DNA of 64,000 bases from Malacoraja senta (lineage: Eukaryota). The notes beneath the pieces were generated by a model. It made no database searches and was not told where the DNA came from. It was given only the letters and a program-made list of their open reading frames with translations. Positions 54,901-64,000 of the stretch are shown here, in pieces (position 1 is the first letter of the stretch; every line of letters begins with the position of its first letter). Where the stretch lies: the NCBI GenBank assembly GCA_038087875.1, contig CM075988.1, positions 16,680,001 through 16,744,000 on the forward strand. Direction: 5' to 3'. Both the position numbers and the translations under genes were made by a program.

Positions 54901-56577
54901 ATCTAAACAGGGCCATTTTTAAATGCATACCTACATCACGGGTAAATATCTTGCAAATGATGGCCTCCATATGTCAATGAAAATGATCCCAACACTGAAA
55001 TCTCAAAATATCACATCAGTGATGTTTTTGTTATTGCTTCCAAGGGTGCTGTCAGCCTTGAAATCACATACAGAATGTGTCTTAATTATTTTGTGCACTG
55101 TCAGTCAGGGGTGTAATAAAACAGTGAATATTAGCTTCCAAATTAGAAGTCATTTAATTGGCAGGCAAAGAAAACACTTTGGAGTGTACCAGAGGTTGTG
55201 CGCAGTTAAAATGTGATGTATGACCTATATTGGTTTCATTCCTGTTGTATTTTTTAAACTAACATCTTTAGATCTCCTGCCGATGGCTCTCTGGCATCTG
55301 TCAGTCTGACACTACTGGCAAGGGTCTTGTACTGTTTATGGGGAGATTGTCAATATGGAGGATACGTTAAGAAGCAAGGTGCATTTACACAGCCCCCACA
55401 GCACCAAGGAACTGCAATCACGTTTTGACACCAGGCCACACCGAGGGATATAGGGCAAGTGAAAGGCAGTAGTGGGAGGAGAGGCGGAGAGGTTTAGGGA
55501 GAAAATTGCAGAAACCAAGAACTGAACAGTTTAAGGGCCAGCTTCCAGTGATGGAATGAATAAAACAAGAACACTCAAGAGACCACAACTGAAGGAGTAC
55601 AGGTCTCCGCAGGTTTAGAATGAAGGATGTTAAGAGATAGAGAGCAGCATTATCATTGACGGGCTTCAAGCACAACAAAGAGAATTTTGTAATTGAACTG
55701 TTTTCTCATTGCAAGATTGCAGGAGTGGGGCGGGTAATGGCCAACAATGGGGAAACAACTCAGCGGCGCAGTGGCGACAGAACCTGGGGTGAAATTATGC
55801 GGTGTAGGGAGAATACAATGAGATTAGTGTAAATGGGTGGTTGATAGTTAGCCCAGAGTCGGTGAGCTAAAGGGTGTGTTTACGTGCTGTGTCAATAAAT
55901 CAATGCCTCAAGGACATCAGTTGAGAAAGTATTGGTATAATTTTTATCTTAAACAGCAGGGGAGAGGCAGGGCAGAACATCTTTATTGGTGAGGGACAGA
56001 GTGAAGGTCTGAACAATATTCTTCATCACTGGCCCCATGAACGAATTTCAAAAGAATTACAGATGCTGGAATTCTGAAATTTAAATAGAGGTCAGGCAGC
56101 ATCTGTGGAATGGGAAACTGTGTTAGCATTTCAGATTAAAGACCCAAATTATTTTCAATTCCTTGCCACTCCCTTCTCTCTAATGCCCTCCACTAAAATA
56201 TCCTCAGATATCTGCTCCAATGTCTCCAATGAAGGGTCTTTGACCTGAGTCGTTAATTGTTTCCCTTTCCACAGATGAAGCCCAGAAATGAGACATTTCC
56301 TCCATTAGCAGGACAATTTTGAATGTCACCCAAATGGCAGCTGGTCAAAAACACATAGGTAGTAAAGATACTGGCAATCCAAAGGTATTCTCCTCCCGTC
56401 AGTATAAGCTAGAAACCTTAGTTCATATTTTTAGAAGAAACATCTTTTGCCCAAAGCGGTTGTTAAAATATGGAACGTTAATTCATAGAGCAAGCTGAGA
56501 AAAATGATGAGAGAGGCATTTAAAGGGAATCTGGATAAATACGTGGGTGGAAGAAAATAGAAGGACGAAATAGGTTC

Positions 56578-56812
56578 AAAATGCTGGTGTAACTCAGCGG
56601 GACAGGCAGCATCTCTGGATAGAAGGAATGGGTGAAGTTTCGGGGTAAGACCCTTCTTCAGACTCAGTCTCAGATTGAGCCTGAAGAAGGGTCTCAACCC
56701 GAAACGTCACCCATTCCTTCTATTCAGAGATGCTGCCTGTCCCGCTTGAGTTACTCCAGCATTTTGTGTCTATCTTCGGTGTAAACCAACATCTGCAGTT
56801 CCTTCCTACACA
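56578..56812. mobile_element. Palindromic Penelope-type terminal-repeat pair (long hairpin)
   Basis: About 56578-56665 is the reverse complement of about 56678-56766. Similar units lie at 1200-1381, 5550-5758, 14330-14565, 16755-16960, 18105-18327, 39135-39275 and 62018-62212. Confidence 0.75.
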
Positions 56813-57879
56813 GGATGAAATAGGTTGATGATTTTGCTGAAGCGATGGCATGGTGTGTTCTATGACTGAAACTAATAAGCTTATTATGAGCTACTTTTGT
56901 GAAGGAAAACTGCTTTTATCGATCCAAAATATTCATATATGATAGAATGTTGCGGACAAAGCTCAGGGCCCAGGAAACTTCTGCTACACTGCTGAGGAAA
57001 ATTGAAGAACAGTGTCACTGGATGATGAGAGGCAATTAAACAGTACAAGACATCACCCGCTCGATCAATCAACATTGTCCTATTTAATGTTGTGTGATTG
57101 CACAGAGGAATGTCCAATGCAGGAGCTCAGAATAAAAAGCATCAACCAGAGCTTCATTGCACAGCTTCAGAGGTCGGTTGCAGCTCAGTCCCAAGAATGC
57201 AAGAAAGTGGCATGATGGTAATGACCATTAACCAATGCCGCACTGATAGATAGGCACGTTACAAACGCAGGGAGGCTCCGAGACCAAGCGGGCACGAAAT
57301 GAGCAAAATTCATTTTGTTTGTCATTGAAAATTGCAGCAGTGTGATGGCAACACTGCAACAAACAGGAGATGAAGGATGCGTTCACACTCGCTGTGGGAC
57401 CTGCGCGTGCAGTTGTGGGCAATGGCAGCAGCTCATAGTGCTGGGGCTCTGCGGCTTGCACCTTTGTCTCTGAGCCAGAACGGTTCATGGGTTTCATTCG
57501 CACACTTGAGCACAGAACCAAGGTTAACGGGATTGAAGGAGTCAGGCACTTTGAGGGTAAATAGCACTGTCCCAGTAGCCCCGGCTGATAGAACAGTACA
57601 ACACAGGAACAGGCCATTTGGCCCACAAATCTATGCTGAATACGATGCAAAGATGCAAAGATCAATCCCTTTCTGCCTGCATATAATCCATGTTCCCTTC
57701 ATAATCCAAGTGAAGTGTGTTTAAATGTCATATATACCAAAAACGAACAATGCTGCACAGTTGCTGAGGCAATGGCTAGTGTTGTGCAGTGTTCAAAATG
57801 GATACCTGCAGCAGCATCTGCTTATCCAAAAGTCTCTTAAATGCCAGCAGCGTAACTGTCTCCACCACCACCACCACCA

Positions 57880-58392
57880 GCAGTATGTTCCAGGTACACG
57901 CCACTCTCTGTGTATACTTGCTCCGCACAACTCTTTTAAACTTTGCCCCTCTCACCTTAAAGCCATGTCCTCCAGTATTTAATATTTCCATCCTGGGAAG
58001 TACGTTCTGACTGTCTACCATCTCTATGCCTCTAAAAATTGTATATACTTCTATTTGGTCTCCCCACAACCTCTGGTGATCCTGTGAAAGCAATCCAAGT
58101 CTATCCAACCTCTCCCTGTAGCTAATGCTCTCTGACCCAGGCATCGTTCTGATAAACCTCCTCTGCACCCTTTCCAAAGCCTTCACAAATTATCTGTAAT
58201 GGGGCAACCAGAACTGCACACAATACTCAAATGGGGCCTAACTAAAGTCGTATAAAGCTGTATGATGACTTCCTAACTCTAATACTCAATGCCCCGACCA
58301 ATGAAGGCAAGCATATCATATGCTTTCCTTACCACTCTATCAACTTGCCACTTTTAGGGAGTTATGGGCTTGGACCCCAAGATCCTTCTATA
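57880..58392 (-). mobile_element. CR1 LINE 3' fragment (older subfamily)
   Basis: KALERVQRRFIRTMPG...YRERLDRLGL...TGGHGFKVRG. Confidence 0.85.
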
Positions 58393-60458
58393 CTTCAATT
58401 CTGATATCTATCCTTCAAATAACATAACTGAAAAAAGGCAGCCAATATCATCAAAGACCTACACCACCCTGTCCATGCTTTCATCTCACTGCTACCATTG
58501 TGAAGAAGGTTCAGGAGTCTGAAAATCGTGACATCCAGGTTGAAGAACAGTTTCTTCCCAGCAACCATCCAGCTCCTGAACACAACACTAACCTCAGCAA
58601 CTATGACACTAATTTGTATATAGACTTCGGTTTTTCACTATTATGATCTGTGAAGTAGTATGACTGATTATTAATTTATTGTACTATTGATTGTTGGATA
58701 TTTATTGTTTTATTGTGTTATTGCATTAATGGGTGAGTAAAGCTGCAGCAAGTGGGAATTTACTTGTTCCACGGCCGGTACATACGACAATTAAACACAA
58801 AAACTAACTGCTCCCAGTGCTTTGAACTAAGTGCAGAATGAGGCCAGCTCAATGCAGACAGACAGCTGGACTCACAGAATGGTTTTGACAGCTGGCAATG
58901 CTCCAGTGGGTAGCTTTGACATTTACAGTCAGGAACACCAAGGACCTGTTCAATAAACAAGTTACATTTGAAGCACCATTGCAGATTAAACATCAATTAA
59001 AAACATTGGAACTTACTGACATTAATAATTGTTAGAATTACTCCTTCCTTGCTGCCTCGTGGCTGCTCATTCTGAATGGGAACCCAAGTCCCTGTCTAAA
59101 TGTAATCTTCAGAGGGCAGGTTTCCCTGCTGAAGAATGTGTATGGTAGTGCAAGAGGTAGTCCATAGTGTTCCATTGCCGAGGTAGGTTTAGGGTTGTGC
59201 AGGTTGGCTCAATAATCTGTGGTTGGAGGGAAGTTGCTCTTCCTGATGCTGATGATGTGGGGCTTCAGGCTTCTACACCCAATGTTAGTAGAGAGAAGAG
59301 GGCATGGCCTGAATGATGGAGATGCTTGGTGATATATGCCGCCTTCTTGAGGCAGTGCCTCATCTAAATGCTTTAGATGGTGGGGAGGGCTGTGCCCGTG
59401 ATGGACTGAGTCCATCGCTCACCGCAGTCTCTTGGGTGCATTGTAATTGCCATTTATTACTTACTGGAAGCCTCTGAGGTGTATTTACAAAAATTACTTG
59501 CGTTGGAGTTAAGTCACTGGACTAGTATCTGGAGACATGAGTTGGAATTCCACCATGGGCAATTGGTAGATTTAAATAAAACAATTAATCGAAATTTGGA
59601 ACAATGAATCTAATCCTTCAACTAGCAAGGATGAGGAATTTCAGTCACATGGTCTGAGCCATAATCAAGAATAATCAAGGAACAGTCTCACCCCAGTCAC
59701 TCCCTCTTGTCCCCTCTCCCATCAGGCAGGAGATACAGATGTTTGAATACACATACCTCCAGATTCAGGGACAGTTTCTTCCCAAAGGTTATCAGGCAAT
59801 TGAAAGGTCCTCTCATCGGCTAGAGAGCGGTCCTGACCTCCCATCTAGCTTATTGAAGACCTTAGAAGTTTCTTTAATCGGACTTTATCGGACGTCAATG
59901 TTGGATCTGTGCACTAAATATTCTACACTTTATCCTATATTTTTGCGCTGAGGATGGCTTGATTGTAGTTTCTTTAGACTGGATAGCATGCAAACAAATG
60001 CTTTCCACCGTACCTTGGTACACGTGACAATAATAGTCAAATAGACAAACGGAACGGAAATGCTTGGATTGCTCCTTCTGGAGCCAGGAAGGTAGAGAGG
60101 AGATGTGACCAAGGTGCACAAGATCATGTCTGATTTACAAAGGGCAATTAGAGGGTTAGCAGAAGGTCAAGGCTCACAGAAACTGATTTAAAGTTTCTCA
60201 AACAAATGTACAGGGGTGTGTGAGGTAAATGTTTAAATCAGACAGTGTTCATCACCTGCTCGCAAGAAAGGCAATCGGGCTTTCCAAGATACAATTGGGC
60301 GGGTATTTCAGAGAAAATTACTTTGCAGAATTATGGAGAAATTGTGGGGAAATTGGACTGATGGGTTCAATGAGACTGATGACCTCCTCGGTGCTCAGAT
60401 ACAGGAGAGTGGCACATCACAAAATAAGTGTTTGAGTGTGGGGTGGGAGTGGGGGGTA

Positions 60459-60607
60459 CAGCTGCTCCTCGACCTACGATGGGTTTACGTTCCGATAAAC
60501 CCATCGTAAATCGAAAATATCGCAAGTCGAAAACGCATTTAATACATTGCGATCACGTGACCGGAAGTGACGTGCGGCTCGCTGCCGTTGCCCAGGGAGA
60601 GCATCTG
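60459..60607. mobile_element. Tigger/pogo-type (MER47/Tigger5-like) MITE with TA TSD
   Basis: ta|cagctgctcc...gagcatctg|ta, with an internal hairpin tacgatgggttta...taaacccatcgta. Confidence 0.7.
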
Positions 60608-63600
60608 TATTAGTCATAGAGTCTAACAGCATGAAAATCCACCCTTTGGTGCACTGAACTCACACTGACCACCAAGCACCGATCTACATAAATTCTATTT
60701 TATTCTCTCCATATTCCTCTCAACAGCTTTCCCACCCAGATACTACCATGCGTCTACAGACTAGGAGAAAGTAACAATGGCCAAATAACCGACCGAACCA
60801 CAGTCCTTCTGGATGTGAGAGGTGTTGGATTTTCTCTCTTCTCCCAGTGAGTTCAGAGCAGCAAGGCACTGCTTGAACGGTTGTTGGAACCAGATTCAAC
60901 GTGCAGCTTTAGAAAGTGCATAAGTTCCAAAAGAATTGCCAGACTTATTGGTGAAGAGCAGAGCAGTGTGAACAATTAGAAAGCTCTTTCAGAGTTGCTG
61001 TCAAGGGCATGACTGGCAGAATGGACTGCCTCTATAATTCTAATCATTCATTTTTATCGCCTATTGAATGAAAAAAATATTGCCAGTGTGTGGTGCTCAA
61101 TCTATATCACTACGGTAAAATAAAGCTCAAATACCATAAAATGATGGAGGATCACAGTGAGGGGGGAGGGGGAAGAATAATGGAGGACCCAGCGTGGGGG
61201 GACTGTTGGGGGTGGGGGGTCAAAAGGGGGAGCCGGCGTGCTTTGTAACTGTCAGCGCCGTAGGTGGCTGCTATTTGTATACATTGTGTATGCAAGCAAA
61301 GAATCTCACTGTGCCTAGTCACATGTGACAATAAAGTATTCCTATTCCTATTCCTAAATACTGGCATTCTTCAAGAGCAGAAATTAGATCACACAAGGAA
61401 TGCTGAAGCAATCAATCATGGTTCAGGGTTATGTTCATTGTTGGTTTCTCCTGGGCAATTTCCACAGTGGCATCATTTGGGAAGATGCAATGAAGCCCAC
61501 TAGTTTCATTGTGGCTTTGACTATGACTTTGACTGAGATCATCGTCGCACAGACCAGACTCCCCACCGTTGACTCCAGCTACACTTCACAATGTCTCGGG
61601 GAAACAACCAACACCAAGACTTCTCCCACACCGATCATTCCTTCTCCTCCCATCAGGCAGAAGATAGAGAAGCTTGAAAGTGTGCACTCCCAGACTCAGG
61701 AACAGTTTCATACCCTCTGTTATTGGGCTTCTGAATGGTCCTAACATAAGCTAGGATCCTGTCCGATTCACCTCTACCTCATTGCGGACATTGGACTTTA
61801 TGGAACTAGTGCCTTACAATGCTGAGAACTATATTATGCACTCTACATCTTCTCCTTTACCTATTGTTCTAGAGTTTGACTTGATTGTATTTATGTATAG
61901 TATTATCTGACTTGACTGGATAGCATGCAAAGGAAAGATTTTGACTATACCTCAGTGCACTTGACAATAATAAGCCTGAATCCAAGTGAACACAAGTGGA
62001 GCAACTCGAATCAAAATGTACAGAAAGGAATTGCAGATGCTGGTTCATACCAAAGTTAGACACAACGTGCTGGCTGGAGTGGGTCTCAGGCAGCATCTCT
62101 GGAGAAAAAGGATCAGTCTCAGAAAGGGTTTCGACCCGAAACGTCACCTATCCTGTTTCTCCAGAGACGCTGCTGACCCACTGAGTCACTCCAGCACTTT
62201 GTGTCTATCTTCAAATCAAAATGTCACCTGTTGCGGACAGCAAAACCGCATCTCCTAGGTGGTGGCTTTTTCTGAACTGATTACCGAAGCTTAATCCAAA
62301 TCAGACAAAAAAATGGGAGCATGTCCACCAACACAAGCCTCCTGCGAGAGCTTAGGATATAAATGTTACTGGGCCCTGCCTCCGTCTAACCAACAATGAC
62401 AGGCAAATCCCCTCAAGCTGCTGTGGCCAGTCCTCCTGTCATCTGCAGGCAGTTGATGGCTCTTTTGGTGTGTCCCTCCTTTGGATCACTCCCCCATGAT
62501 GGATGGGGCAACATTTACATTCCACGAGCCTTTCAGACTGATAGGATACAAATTATTCATTTGTCACAGCTGCTGCTCAGGCAAGCAGGCCCATATTCCA
62601 CCAGCTGCCACTGCACTCTGCATCTCTGGTGTTCTTTCTGAAGTGCTGGATATTAGACAGTAATTAGATTTAGGAAGAGAAATAAGTCCATCATCGCCAT
62701 GGCAACCAGAGGAGGGTTCATAATTCATACGGTCCCTGGGAGAACTAGCGAGCCTGTGAAACCCAGAACCCTGACTCGTACAGAGACATGGAGATGGATA
62801 GCGGTCGTGGTGGGAGGTGGGGAGGTGGGGGGGGAGGATATCAGGCTGATTAATAATGATGGGAGGGAGGGAGGGGGGGGGGACAGCAAAATATCTGGAC
62901 ATCTCCCTACATTAGGGAGGCAGGGAATGCAATTTCTGATAAGGAACCTCGGCAAGAGGGAGCAGTGAAGGAAATCCTGGCTGCTTTCTCCTGAGCATAC
63001 ATGGGTGATTAGAACAGGTATCTGAATTATAAGGTGGAAAGTTTTTAAAGAATCATCAAGGATGTGACTGTATTGTGAGTGCATATCAATGTTGTTATCT
63101 TTGATGCAACCAAGTCATGAAAACCCCACAGGCAGGGAAACCGTTCTCCTGACACAACATTCCCAGCTGCACGGGAGAAAATTCCTCAGCTATTAAACTG
63201 CTTAAAGTTACACTGAGGAGCACAAAGGGAACCAACAGCCATTTTAGCTTGCCTCCCTCATGTCGTGGGTTTTGCTAACACTAGTGGGCTTCATTGCAGG
63301 CCTATCTCCCCTCCCCCGCCACCCACCAGAGCCATAAATCACCATCATCCACTTTTAGGGGGAAGACCCATGTGTCAATAACCTTTCAACAAACACCTGT
63401 CCCACAATAGCTTTTAAAATTCCTTTCCTCCACCTCGGTCCAAGGATATGGGCTTCAGTCACTGCTGTTCCGTGCGGTACAACTCAGCAGTGGTTCATTT
63501 AGTTTGCTTTAGATTTTACTGAGTCGGACTTGTGTAGGGGAGAGGCCACTCACTCAACATGGTCAAGCACTTTGTGTCCTTTTGTGTAAACCAGCATCTC

Positions 63601-64000
63601 CAGTTCTTTGTTTCTACATTTTAACCGCACCCCTGCAAAATCTCCACGAGATACGCTTACTTTGAAGAATCTGAAGAAAGGTCCCAAATCGAAACGTCAC
63701 CTATCCATATTCTCTGGAGTTGCCGCCTGTCCCCCTGAGTTACTCCAGCACTTTCTGTCTTTTTGTGTAAACCCGCATCTGCAGTTCCTTATTTCTACAT
63801 GGTCAGATACTTATTGTTGGACCTTCCACTGAAGTGCATCCTCTCTGCTATCTGCCTTCTGCAATTTTACTTACTCCTAGCTTCAATATTCATGCAGGGA
63901 TTTACCCTTTAAACATGAATAAACAGCAAAGTTGAGAATCTTCCATTCTCCTCAGTAATGCTTAATGCAGTTCACTTCTCTCCCTCTGTTTCTGCCTTGC

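Overview
Eukaryotic (vertebrate) genomic DNA. The repeat content (HE1-like tRNA-derived SINEs, CR1 LINEs, Penelope-like remnants) suggests a cartilaginous fish, probably a skate or ray; this is an inference. The only host-gene coding sequence I can support is two minus-strand exons of a DSCAM-family Ig cell-adhesion gene, most like DSCAML1: a 147-bp exon (12805-12951) and a 279-bp exon (6102-6380). Both have canonical AG/GT borders and join in frame. The rest appears intronic, including >51 kb upstream of the 147-bp exon, and is dense in transposable elements. These include a young 5'-truncated CR1, several TIR/MITE families (TAA-TSD Harbinger-like, 8-bp-TSD hAT-like, TA-TSD Tigger-like), long GA tracts and a 200-N assembly gap. 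The most notable structures are: (i) an old inverted duplication at about 18.9-24.4 kb whose arms gained different nested insertions; (ii) repeated Harbinger-like insertion into the same TAA of a SINE; (iii) many Penelope-associated minimal hammerhead-like motifs, often in palindromic pairs; and (iv) two elements resembling families I recall from distant vertebrates. I found no evidence for a novel protein-coding system. Most entries in the ORF track are spurious or TE-derived.
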